From Ostrea edulis (lineage: Eukaryota): a DNA stretch of 64,000 nucleotides. Location of the stretch: the NCBI RefSeq assembly GCF_947568905.1, contig NC_079167.1, positions 39,184,001-39,248,000 on the forward strand, written 5' to 3'. Of the stretch, positions 41,566 through 53,866 are shown in pieces. Both the position numbers and the translations under genes were made by a program. Each line of letters opens with the position of its first letter. Position 1 is the first letter of the stretch. The notes beneath the pieces were generated by a model. It did not search any database and had not been told where the DNA came from. It saw only the letters and a list, made by a program, of their open reading frames with translations.

Positions 41566-43420
41566 ATATTTATATTTTTTATTTTGATTTGTGTTCTTAC
41601 CGAGCTTCCATGATTATGTAGCAGATGACCAAAATAACGATCGTAGAACACAAAATATAGTTCGTTAGAGTTTTATCGAATAAAAAATTAGGAACAATAT
41701 AAAAGAGAATATAAGATAGAGATATTTAATTGAAAATGTTAAAAAAAGACGAAACATGTGTAAAATAAAGGTAATTTAGAGCGTAAAGTTAACTGAAATG
41801 ACGACAAGAAGAGCGGAGTAAACTATATCCGTGATGTGATTTGGTCGCGATCAGCGATGGAGAAACTGGTGTCGGTCTAGCTTACTAAGTTGAAAACGCT
41901 TGTTGATCACAGATTTCGACAGAAATTCAAAGGATCTGAGAGAATTGATGGTGGATATGATGGGTCAAGTTAACGTTAAGTTCTTAGTCGGGTTTTTGGA
42001 AAGAAACAACGGTATGTTCATCGTTAGGACTCGCGGTAAACGTAGCCATGCAGGAGACGATTCAAGACAGTAGGACAGATTTAGACAAAGTGCAGGTAGG
42101 TTGCGTCTTTTATTTACCTTCACTGTGTGTAAAAGAAAATAAAAACGAACTGACGGAGTTTTTGTTCACTTGAGAAATTTCTGTTGTAGGATTTTAATGA
42201 AGACTCGCACCGGTTCTCTGACATGAACATCTAAATTTTTCGAGCCTCGAAACAAGCCTTGCTTATGATCATACCGAGTCATAGCCGTGATGGAAGTTGC
42301 CAGGAAGCAACAGGTTAACTTATCATCATAAAGTAAATAGGCTTATAAGTCTGTCTACATGTCTTCGCTTCCAATATCATAGAACTTTATAAAATCGCCA
42401 TGCAGAAGTTGAAGACGGTATTTAAAACTGTATAAAATGAAACAACAGAATGATATGTTTAATGTTTCTCTTTTATAAATTGATGAAATTCTTGTTTGTT
42501 TACAAAATCAAATCTGTATAAATATCCGGCTGCGTTTGTTTCTGTTATGATATCATTGCAGTGGCGGATCCAGGTTACGAAAGGGGGTGGGGGTGAAAGT
42601 CAAGTATTAGCCAAAATACTCAGCCATTTTGGGTGCCAATCTGGAATTTTACTCGCACTATTTCTATTATTTAAATTTGTGGCGAGAGTGGGGGGGGGGT
42701 GTGTCTAAATCCCCCACTACATTGCATAAGCAAGAACCCAGGTGAAAATACAGGAACTGACTTTTGAAGCGGTGATTGTATTCATACGCAAGAACAAACT
42801 GATCACGTGACCAAATTCATGTCCTACGAAATTGAACATCGATTTCATTAGTACTGTCATATAAGGAAGTGCATTGGTAAATGTAAATATAACCACTTAA
42901 ACGTCCCCTTATATACCATGGCCAAACAACCACCGCATACTTACGCGTAATAAATAGTTCGCATTATAGAATACATCTTATAAAAAAACTTATAAAAAAT
43001 ACTGATTATCAGTGCGTACATGCATCTTTAAAAATTAAAGAACACTGTCAAAAAGTTCACTGGGATATAAACTTGGTTGGTAATATGACCAAAGCCTGTA
43101 ACACGTACCATTTAAGTTCATAACTCAGTGGACTGTTTAACAGTGTTCTTTATTTCTTGTATCTTTATTTTAGAAAAACGATTAATTTAGAACTACAATC
43201 CTAACTGTCCGCCATGTAGATATCAAATACACCACGCGAATAGGTGATGGGTGATCTCTTGATCCTTGAGAAGGTTCACCCAGAAATGAACTAGTTTGCA
43301 AATGTAAATATAATAATGTCATAAAGTCACTAAGTCACAACACTAATACAGAATATCACAAAACACAATAGAAATATGTAGCAAACCAGGTGTACACAAC
43401 ACAAAGCGACAATAAACCGG

Positions 43421-43588
43421 ATAAAGGGCTCAAGGCGGGTGTGACCAGTCAATAGGGGATGTGTACTCCTCCTAGGCACCTGATCCTACCTCTGTTGTTT
43501 CCAGGGGTCCGTGTTTGCCCTACTCTTAGTTTTGTATTCTTTATGAAATTTATGAGATTGATCACTGTTCGTTATCTTCATCTTTCAT
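43421..43588 (+). mobile_element. 3' end fragment of the Penelope-like retroelement
   Basis: Matches 49540-49788 (CTCCTAGGCACCTGATCC, TATGAGATTGATCACTGTTCGTTATCTTCA). Confidence 0.75.
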
Positions 43589-44786
43589 GTAGAATGTCAC
43601 AAAACCACGGTAATAGTGTCACAATACATATGTCGAATATCACGTAGCCATAATGGCGATGTCAGAAATAAGGTGTAGAATATCACAAAACCACCACATA
43701 CAATCAGCTATGATTTGAGTGAAACAGAACGATGATAAGAATATCTTCAAGTCGTCATAAGAAAATCACAAAACCCACAACCAAATGAAAATATCATAAA
43801 ACTTCAATCAAAATTAAACTATCACAAACCGCGATTAAAATATCACTAGCCAGAATAAGAAATGTAAATACAAAGATAATGAATTTAGACTGACAAAACC
43901 ACGATGAAAATATCGCCAGACCACAGTCAAAATGTCACAAATGAATGACTTATTCAGTAAAGCAAGCTTTTGAGAGTGAAATCTTTTCAGTTCATCATTG
44001 ATTTCTACACTCGTTTAGTCATGGGCCGTCAGGAATTCAGTCATACAAGTAAGATCTTAACGGACCACCAGGAATTCAATCATAGAAGTAAATCTTAACG
44101 CGGATCAAGAACGATAACTGTGATTTTGTGACTACAAATAGGCTATTATTATTATTATTTTTTTTTTTTTTACTGTATTTCAAAGTATACTTGCATTTTT
44201 GTACGTCAGCACATTGATGTGACCCATTTATTCGGAAAAAGGTAATTCAATCTGGTGCATAAAAATAAAGATGTATTGTCATTGAAGCAGCGAACCCGAG
44301 GAAATGAAACCAATAACTGAAATATCTTCTCTGACAGTTTGTTGATTAAGAACATATTTTAAGGCAATAAATTGTACTTTAAGTAACATCGAAAGCGGTT
44401 CAAGTGCCGCCTAACAAGACGTACTCGAAGAATAATTAATGTGGTTTTAATATCACGAGATTGCCTGAGTCTTTGTAAACATCATTCGTTGGTCAAAATT
44501 TGGAAACTCCACTCATAAACACAGGCATACTGTGATCCTTTATCAAATATGCAATAAGTAAATCATTCATCCGGCCCATAAATTTGGTGCTTGCACCAAT
44601 TTTTTTGTGTAATATCTTCCAGTATAGAGACAGCGTATTTTCTTCGCTGAAAACTGAACCTGGGGCCTCTGTCACGACAGACCAATGTTCTACCGGTCTT
44701 GCAAAAAGGTTAACTTACTCACCATAGCAACAAGGAAAGACGCGTCTCAAACAATACTACATAACAATCCTCCAGTGGGGTTCTGG

Positions 44787-44936
44787 GAACAATCAAAAAC
44801 AGACCTTTCATGGAGGTTTAGAAACAATCAAAAGCAGACCCTTCATGGAGGTTTAGAAACAATCAAAAGCAAACCTTTCATGGAGGTTTAGAAACAATCA
44901 AAAGCAGACATTTCATGGAGGTTTGGAAGCAATCAA
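44787..44936. repeat. 35-bp minisatellite, ~4.5 copies
   Basis: Unit GAAACAATCAAAAGCAGACCTTTCATGGAGGTTTA. Confidence 0.9.
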
Positions 44937-45799
44937 ATCAGAGAATAATGCTGCCTGTTACATTTGGCATCCTGAAGGAGAACCTGGATTCGTTGATAAA
45001 GTCTAAGAATCGGACCAATGTGTTCTCTATCCATTACCACTTGAAACAATTGATATTGAAAATTAAAGTCTTATGGGTATTATGATCGGGTATGGTTTGG
45101 AACTTTTAACAGCCCTGCGTACTTCCAATATCAAGACCCACCCGAGTGTTCTAACCCCTAGTTATCTGTAGCATAGCAATATCAGATGTTGTACATGTTT
45201 GTCTTCATTTGATGCAGTAATGATACTCAACTGTCCCGGCTCTCTTATTCGGATAAAAAATTATGCCTAAACAATGATCAAATTCCTTTCTTCGAAATGC
45301 CGAAAAACACAAATAATATTTCAAATCATTTCTTTAAACATTATTTGAGGCCATGTCACAATTATTTTTTTACGAAGGTATATGAGTGTTTATTGAAGCA
45401 AAAACTGTAACCTGAAATAGCTATTTTTACTCTTTTTCGGTCATTAAATTAGCATTAAATGAATTTAAAACTGTCTAAGGTACCGAAATCATATACATAT
45501 ATTGTGTATTGATTCAGAGTACATTTAAAACTATGAACTGTGGGTTTTTTTTCTTCATATAAAGACAAGAACCAATCATATGGATTTTATATCTCTCGTT
45601 CCAGATTATCTCTTAAAACGTTTTTCGAAAGGTAATGCAGGTCTAAAGGGATGCCATTAATTGCCACTGTCTACCATCTCGGGTAAATTTTGCCAGCAAG
45701 TCACATGACACACCTCCTCCTAGGTTTGGTGGTCCTAAAATGCTTCGGTAACCAACTGACAGTGTCAAAATGAGAGTCTCCAGTGCTTTTAAATATCCG

Positions 45800-47320
45800 A
45801 AACCATTGAGTAAGGGAAGGACAACCCCAACAGAAACCACCAGTTCTCGGGGTTCAGGGTTTAGCAACTCCATCACATAAAACGAATATCGTTACAAAAA
45901 CCAAAAACAGCAAATACGTCATTGATTGATCTATGGAAACGACCTTAGTCACCTAAAGGAGAGCGGAGGAAGTGGGGCATTCCACTAACACGCGCCCACT
46001 CTCCTGATACCGTCTCAAGGATAGGATGTTGGAATATGACACCACTTAATGAATGCAGAAGACCAGTACAAGTGGTCTAGACATTTCAGGTTTCGGTGAG
46101 GTTAGATGAACAGGTGTTGTCTAGACATTTCAGGTTTCGGTGAGGTTAGATGAACAGGTGCTTTTTAGACATTTCAGGTCTTGGTAAGGTTAGATGAACA
46201 AATATGGCCTAGACATTTCAGGTCTCGGTGAGGTTAGATGATCAGGTGCGACATAAACATTTCAGGTCTCGGTGAGGTTAGATGAACAGGTGCTTTTTAG
46301 ACATTTCAGGTCTTGGTAAGGTTAGATGAACAAATATGGCCTAGACATTTCAGGTCCCGGTGAGGTTAGATGATCAGGTGCGACATAAACATTTCAGGTC
46401 TCGGTGAGGTTAGATGAACAGGTGCTTTTTAGACATTTCAGGTCTTGGTAAGGTTAGATGAACAAATATGGCCTAGACATTTCAGGTCTCTGTGAGGTTA
46501 GATGAACAAATGTGGCATAGACATTTCAGGTCTCGGTGACGTTAGATGAACAGATGTGGCCTAGACATTTCAGGTCTCGGTGAGGTAAGATACATTCAGG
46601 TCTCGGTGAGGTTTGATGAACAGAAACGGCCAAGACATTATAGGTGTCGGTGAGGTCAGATGAACATAATCAGATTCAGTTAATTTAACATCTGGACATA
46701 CACGTCTGTACTCAGGACCTCCAAATGACATTAATGAAAACCACAATGAAGTAAAAAAAAAAAAAAAAAAAAGATTGAGCAGCAGCTCTTGGATTGAAAC
46801 CAGTAAACGAAATAATTATCATAGTGTTTTCCAAGTCACGAATCCAAACAATTTCCATCCTACAGCGGTATGCACCATTAAGAATAGATAGAAGAATATG
46901 ATAACCATCTTGAGAAGATATTTCACTCATACATCTAGAGACGTATCAGTAATGATGGGAGACATGGCTGAAAACGAGATTATCATGGGAAGAAAAATGG
47001 TTTGAGTAATAAAAGAAAACGGTGAACTTGTAGCAGATCACAATAACATAGTAACAAGTCAAGGAAGATCAAGAATGGCAAATCCTCAGGACCAGACTGC
47101 ATTTCACAAAGGGGTCCCCATCTTTAAACATACAGACCCAAACTATATTTCACCAGAGGTCCTCAATATAAGAGATAGATTCGGGTTCTTATGCACAGAT
47201 CAAATACAGTATTCACAGTATGTCTCATCATTGAACAGTCACAAGTTATTGACGTTCTCTACAATGAATTGGCCACACCTTCAATAGACATCCTGACCCT
47301 TTCACTCCAAAAGCCCGAAG
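45800..47320 (+). mobile_element. Degenerate RTE-clade LINE remnant (APE endonuclease and RT N-terminal fragments)
   Basis: Ordered motif remnants: RIGCWNM (46018-46038), LDISGLGEVR*TG (46077 onward), LYSG (46706-46717), KPVNEIII..SILQRYAP (to 46877), KIKNGKSSGPDCIS (~47065-47106), VPIFK..DPNY. Many stops and deletions. Confidence 0.7.
46077..46667. repeat. 44-bp minisatellite (~13 copies) with a 132-bp three-unit higher-order repeat
   Basis: Unit CTAGACATTTCAGGTCTCGGTGAGGTTAGATGAACAGGTGTGGC. Spacer variants cycle A-B-C-A-B-C-A-B. Confidence 0.95.
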
Positions 47321-47362
47321 ACATTTACTTTGAAGGACTCTATTCATAGTATCATCAATATA

Positions 47363-49788
47363 AAGTTAAAATAAAAAATATATGCTCGAGTTCTTCATTG
47401 AAAATATTTTCATGGTCTTTGGTGATCAGGTCTTCCAACAATCTGTTGGAATTCCCATGGGCACGAATTGTACTCCTTTGTTAGTTGACCTGTTTTTATA
47501 TTCTTATGAAGCAGGGTTTATTCATAAGCTTCTACATGAGAAGAAAATATATCTTGCTGTGGCTTCAACTCGACATTTAGATATATCGACGACGTTTTAT
47601 CTATTAACAATAATCATTTTCGTTCACATGTTCATTCGATATATCCCTGTGAACTCGAGATAAAAACACCACTGAGTCTTCCATATTTGCTTCGTACTTA
47701 GATATTTTATTGAAAATAGATATTAACGGCAAACTAACAACTCATATTTATGACAAACGGAATAGTTTCAGATTCTCCATTGTCAACTTCCCATATTATG
47801 TTGCAATATCCCATTATCACATGCATATGGTGTTTATATCTCTCAACTGATTAGATACGCAAGAACTTGCTCTGTGTATAATCAGTTTTTAAATCAAGGC
47901 AGGATACTGAACAAGAGGCACATGGGCCACATCGCTCACCCGAGTCACCTTGGCTCATATTTAAAGATTTTTCCTATATATTCGCATGTAAAACTTTGAT
48001 CCCTATTGTGGCCCCAACCTACTCCCGGGGGCCATGCTTTTTGCAAAATTGAATCTGCACTATGTCAGGAAGCTTTCATGTATATGTAAACTTTTCTGGC
48101 TCAGTGATTTTTCAGAGAAAGATTTTTAATGATTTTCCCTATATATTTGTATGTAGAATTTTGATCCCCGACTGTGGCCCCATCTTACCCCTGGATACCA
48201 TGATTTTTGCAACCTTGAATCTGCACTATGTCTTGAAGCTTTCATGCAAATGTAAACTTCTTTGGCCCAATGGTTCTTAAGGAGAAAAATTCTAAAGATT
48301 TTTTTTCTATTTATTAGTTATGTAAAACTTTGATCCCCTATTGTGGCCCCATCCTAGCGCCAGGGGTCATGAGTTTAACAAACTCGAATTTTCACTATGT
48401 CAGGAAGTTTTCATGTAAATCTCAGCTTTTCTGGTTCAGTGGTTCTTGAGAAGAATATTTTAAAAGATTTTTCCTATATATTTATATGTAAAACTTTGAT
48501 CCCCCATTGTCGCCTCATTTTACCCGCAGGGACCATGATTTTAACAAACTTGAATCTGCACTATGCCAGGAAGCTTTCATGTAAATATCCACTTTCCTGG
48601 CCCAGTAGTTTTTGAGAAGATGTTTAAAGATTTTCCCTATTTGTATGTAAAACTTTGATCCCCTATTGCGGCCCCATCCTACTCCCGGGGGCATGATTTG
48701 AACAAACTTGAATCTGCACTATGTCAGGAAGCTTTCATGTAAATATCAGCTTTCCTGGCTTAGTGGTTCTTCAGAAGAAGATTTTTAAAGATTTTCCCTA
48801 TACATATTCACATGTAAAACTTTGATCCCATATCGTGGCCCCATAATACCCCCAGGGGTCATGATTTTGACGTAACTGAATTTGTACTATGTAAGAAAGC
48901 TTTCGTATAAATATAAGGTTTTCTGGCTCAGTGGTTCTTGAGGAGAATTTTTTTAAAGATTTTTCCTATATATTTGTATGTAGAACTTTGATCCCTTATT
49001 GTGACCCCATCCTACCCCCGGGGACCATGATTTGAACAAAATTGAATCTGCACTATGTCAGGAAGCTTTCATGTAAATGTAAACTCTTTTGGCCCAGTGG
49101 TTCTTAAGAAGATTCTGAAATAACTCCATCTATTTTTGTGATTATCTCCCCTTTGAAGGGGACATGGTCCTTCATTTGAACAAACTTAAAAGCCCTTTAC
49201 CCAAAGATGTTTTTGGTCAATTTTTTTGTAATTGGCCCAGTGGCTCTAGAGAAGAAGTCGAAAATGTAAAAGGTTTACAGACGGACAACAGGCGATCAGA
49301 AAAGCTCACTTTGTGAGCTTTCAGCTCAGGTGAACTAAACACAAGTTGATGTTACAGGGTACTCAATAGTCTCGTTTAAAGTTTGCATTTCGCAGATTTT
49401 ATGGTCGTTATAATGATTTTGTTTGCCAATACAACCTATCTTTGGGTCAAATTTTGTCTAACGTGTTTTATACCGATTGTTAGACCGTTCTTGGCACATT
49501 AATTTTGACTTGGGATTACTCCGTTTACCTGATCCAGATATAGATCTCACGGTGGGTATGACCGGACGACAAGGGGGGGCTTACTCCTAGGCATCTGATT
49601 CCACCTCTGGTATATCCAGGGATCCGTGTTTGCCCAACTATCTATTTTGCATTCCTTATAGGAATTATGAGATTGATTACTGTTCGTTATTTTCACCTTT
49701 ATAGGAGTTACGAGATTGATCACTGTTCGTTATCTTCATCTTTATAGGAGTTATGAGATTGATCACTGTCCGTTATCTTCACCTTTCA
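47363..49788 (+). mobile_element. 5'-truncated Penelope-like retroelement (RT pseudogene), interrupted by a Helentron
   Basis: FQQSVGIPMGTNCTPLLVDLFLYSYE (GIPMG at 47448-47462), a frameshift, then FRYIDD (YIDD at 47582-47593). After the insertion the frame resumes to YNLSLGQILSNVFYTDC* (TAG at 49481-49483), followed by a non-coding 3' region. Confidence 0.8.
47910..49339 (+). mobile_element. Non-autonomous Helentron carrying ~7 monomers of the oyster HindIII/Cg170-type ~166-bp satellite
   Basis: 5' AACAAGAGGCACATGGGCCACATCGCTCACCCGAG. AAGCTT-anchored monomers at 48070, 48236, 48405 (AAGTTT), 48571, 48729, 48897 and 49063. Then a short ACAGACGGAC tract, the hairpin AAAGCTCAC-TTTG-TGAGCTTT, and the subterminal inverted repeat CTCAGGTGAAC. 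Confidence 0.88.
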
Positions 49789-49857
49789 TACAGCACCTGT
49801 AATATGAATTTTTCAATGTATGATACTCACGAGACCATGAAATCGTACTGACATCTC

Positions 49858-51453
49858 GTTGACGGTGGAGAGACAGTGGGAATGGGATTTATCTTGTGGA
49901 CTGTGGAGAGACAGTGGGAATCTAATTTATCTTGTTGACGGTGGAGAGACAGTTGGAATCCGATTTATCTTGTTGACGGTGTAGAGACCGTGGAAATCTA
50001 ATTTATCTTGTTGATGGTGGAGAGACAGTTGGAATCCGATTTATCTTGTTGACGGTGGAGAGACAGTGGGAATCCGATTTATCTTGTTGATGGTGGAGAG
50101 ACAGTTGGAATCCGATTTATCTTGTTGACTGTGGAGAGACAGTGGGAATCCGATTTATCTTGTTGACGGTGGAAAGACAGTGGGAATCCGATTTATCTTG
50201 TTGACGGTGGAGAGACAGTTGGAATCCGATTTATCTTGTTGACTGTGGAGAGACAATGGGAATCCGATTTATCTTGTTGACTGTGGAGAGACAGTGGGAA
50301 TCCGATTTATCTGTTGTTGACGGTGGAGAGACAGTGGGAATCCGATTTATCTTGTTGACTGTGGAGAGACAGTTGGAATCGAATTTATCTTGTTGACGGT
50401 GGAGAGACAGTTGGAATCCGATTTATCTTGTTGACGGTGGAGAGACAGTGGGAATCCGATTTGTCTTGTTGACTGTGGAGAGACAGTGGGAATCCGATTT
50501 ATCTTGTTGACGGTGGAGAGACAGTTAAAATCCGATTTATCTTGTTGACGGTGGAGAGACAGTGGGAATCCGATTTATCTTGTTGACGGTGGAAAGACAG
50601 TGGGAATCCGATTTATCTTGTTGACTGTGGAGAGACAGTGGGAATCCGATTGATCTTGTTGACGGTGGAGAGACAGTGGGGATCCGATTTATCTTATTGA
50701 CTGTGGAGAGACAGTGGGAATGTAATTTATCTTGTTGACTGTGGAGAGACAGTGGGAATCTAATTTATCTTGTTGACTGTGGAGAGACAGTGGGAATCCG
50801 ATTTATCTTGTTGACGGTGGAGAGACAGTGGAAATCTAATTTATCTTGTTGACGGTGGAGAGACAGTGGGAATCTAATTTATCTTGTTGACGGTGGAGAG
50901 ACAGTGGGAATCTAATTTATCTTGTTGACGGTGGAGAGACAGTGGGAATCTAATTTATCTTGTTGACGGTGGAGAGACAGTGGGAATCTAATTTATCTTG
51001 TTGACTATGGAGAAACAGTTGGAATCCGATTTATCTTGTTGACTGTGGAGAGACAGTGGGAATCCGATTTATCTTGTTGACGGTGGAGAGACAGTTGGGA
51101 TCCGATTTATCTTGTTGACGGTGGAGAGACAATGGGAATCCGATTGATCTTGTTGACGGTGGAGAGACAGTGGGAATCCGATTGATCTTTTGTTGACGGT
51201 GGAGAGACAGTGGGAATCCGATTTATCTTGTTGACGGTGGAGAGACAGTGGGAATCTAATTCATCTTGTTGACGGTGGAGAGACAGTGGGAATCCGATTT
51301 ATCTTGTTGACTGTGGAGAGACAGTGGGAATGGGATTTATCTTGTTGACTGTGGAAAGACAGTGGGAATCCGATTTATCTTGTTGACTGTGGAGAGACAG
51401 TGGGAATCCGATTTATCTTGTTGACGGTGGAGAGACAGTGAGAATCAGATTTA
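49858..51453. repeat. 38-bp minisatellite, ~42 copies
   Basis: Unit GTTGACGGTGGAGAGACAGTGGGAATCCGATTTATCTT, with no unique spacers. Confidence 0.97.
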
Positions 51454-52699
51454 ACAGTGAAATGCATAGTTACTTGTACTATTAGTTACCTAGACATCTA
51501 GTGACGCCGAGCCCGATATAAAACTTAGTGACATGGTGTCATCCCGTACCAGGTCACTAGTTGGCTAGGTAACGAATTTACCCCACCGATGACCTATTAT
51601 GATAATATGCATGAGGCTATTGCGTACCAGAACTACAGACAACACCATACCATAAATGTTCCTTGTTCAAAGACTACTGTATTTAAAGAAACTTTTGCTT
51701 GGACAAACATCATACCATTATACGTATACATCATACCATTATATGTATACATCAGCGCAAATATACCCAGTGTGATTATCAGTAATATTTTTTCTTCTCG
51801 ATCACGGTAGCAAGGTTGTAATACCTTTGTCACTGAAACTTGTCGAATGAGAGAAAGGGTTTTTTCCTGATATACATATGTATCAATAAATTTCTCAAAC
51901 TTTGAATCAAGTGATTCATTGGGAATGTCCAGAGTCCATTAATCACCCTTGTGTGGTATCTACACGTGTAGGTTGTAAAGAAAAAGACTAGTATTCTTTC
52001 ATTCATGCATAAAATAATTGTAACTAAAAATCATCATACTAGTAATCGCCAATGTAATTTGTATTGTACATAAAATAATTGTGACCGAAACTAATTATCA
52101 TCAAGAATTTAACTTGTGTTGCATGATATTTTTGTCACCAAGAGATAATTTATCACCGAAAAAATAATGTAAAATTTTGATGCTGCAATTTGTTGGAGTT
52201 TTTACGAACAATTCTGTTTGCAATACCAATGTTGTTTATTTTTGTGTAAGCAATGGCTGTATTGTTTGCAAGAAAAAAGGAGTTCCATCTTATTTGATGT
52301 TGTCTTGCAAGCAAAATTACTTTCATGTATTAGTTGCCGTGTCTTAATTAACAAGTGGAAATGAGTTTTAAAAATGAAACTTTTACAAGTGTAACAGGTT
52401 CGGATCCTCATATAGACCCCGTCCGGAAATAGCGTTTCCCCTGATAAACTGGCTCTTGGGTAGGATCCCTCCCCACGAAAAACTCCATTCTCTCACCAGA
52501 GGGCGCGTTACGCAAAGCTTCACATATGGGAAAACTCATTCCAGAGTAGGATATTCACGACGAAAATCGTACTCCAGCTTTCCGGGGTGGGGGGAGGATT
52601 AAATATCTCACCCTGTCACCACCTTTATGTGTACTATATTCATTCAGGTATTCATGTAGCATTTTTCAGCTACTTCTATATATGCGAGAATTACCTAAA

Positions 52700-53581
52700 T
52701 GTCTTCAGCAGACAGTAGCGAGCAGAATTTAGGGAAATTGCACTGCCTCGCGAGATAAGTACATGTACATAGGTTTTCTACTGGCCCCAAGAGCATAAAC
52801 TGAGAATAGACTTAGTATATAAGTAAAAGTTTTGATTACTTATATATTAAAGAAAGACTTGGTAGATTTTTACATATTTACTATATTTACTAGCGAGTAT
52901 TGTCACGAGTAAAATGATCTGCAACCCAACTCCCATTTCGACCGCTGTTCCGAGATAATGCTAAAAATAACTGATATACATCTAGCACATATGTTTAAAA
53001 AAACCTGCAGGTTTATCAACAACAAAAAATCAAATGCAAACATATCTTGGAAATTTTATTTGTTTATGAAAATTATTTCAAAAGTTAGCTGGATTGGAAA
53101 TTTTGACTTAAGCCTATTCTCAGTTTATGGTCTTGAGTCCTGATGTGGCAGCATCCCTATCTTGGCAAGGGCGAGAGTGACCAATACTTGGATGGGTGAT
53201 CGCTACACGTTATAAAATGGCGGCAGCGGTGGTATTCTGGTGTTTGGTGGGAGACCTGCTTCCAGGTCGAGTGTCTTCAGAGCTTTGGGGCTTCGTGTCC
53301 ATGTCCAGAATTGGTTTGTCCGGGGACGATGGTGGTTGTCGTCGTGAACGGCGGATTGTTGCTGAAGAGGTGCCAAACATTCGGAGAAAACTCACGCTAA
53401 GCTTCGGTACGAATCTTCCCTGAGCGGGGCGGGAGGGGGGGGTGTAACGGACAGTATATAGCGAACTTATACTGTCTTGTTAGAGATCTAGCTTTTCTAG
53501 CGATGTGGTAGAGGTCCTATCTTGATCACACAAGATAAGCAACGGCGAGCGTGAACAGCCCTTTCATGAGTGTCCGTTACA
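52700..53581 (+). mobile_element. TRIM-like miniature LTR retroelement (degenerate 5' LTR split by a MITE, tRNA-Leu PBS, PPT, intact-looking 3' LTR)
   Basis: The 3' LTR (53443-53581) has perfect 11-bp inverted ends TGTAACGGACA/TGTCCGTTACA and is preceded by the PPT GGGAGGGGGGGG (53431-53442). PBS TGGCGGCAGCGGTGGTATTC at 53218-53237. Diverged LTR homology at ~52700-52780 and 53143-53207. Confidence 0.6.
52781..53142. mobile_element. MITE of the same family as 16186-16408 (longer copy)
   Basis: CTGGCCCCAAGAGCATAAACTGAGAATAGACTTAG ... GACTTAAGCCTATTCTCAGTTTATGGTCTTGAGTCCTG form inverted termini. Confidence 0.75.
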
Positions 53582-53584
53582 CAG

Positions 53585-53866
53585 TTCATCAGAAATTAAT
53601 CACAAATGTTCCTTGACATAACGACGTTTGGACCAGGTCTCTCATGGTCATTTTGGAAAGGACATATAAAAGTGCCTTATTTCGACAGTTTTTGAACAGG
53701 TATTGATCATATATTACACAAATTGGCTTTCAGACAAAGATCATCGAGATCATTTTATAAAGATCAAGACCACTCGGAACATATACCATATGAGTATATG
53801 AGAAAAAAACCTTCATTTCAACAATATTTCAACAATTACTGATCATTGTGCAAGTCATTCGTCATA
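53585..53866 (+). repeat. Unclassified dispersed repeat, copy 2
   Basis: Colinear with 40561-40872. Confidence 0.75.

Noticed and set aside
49550-49615. SECIS-like AUGA..UGAU kink-turn in the Penelope-like 3' region
   Set aside because: There is no apical AAR, helix II is poor, and RUGA is not kept in the 58382 copy (UUGA). SECISearch3 on the family consensus would be decisive.
49858-51453. 38-bp and 44-bp arrays as CRISPR
   Set aside because: The repeats are contiguous with no unique spacers, there are no cas genes, and the context is eukaryotic.
53196-53423. Short ORFs inside the TRIM-like element
   Set aside because: They show no gag/pol motifs and have GTG starts. The region is interpreted as non-coding internal sequence.
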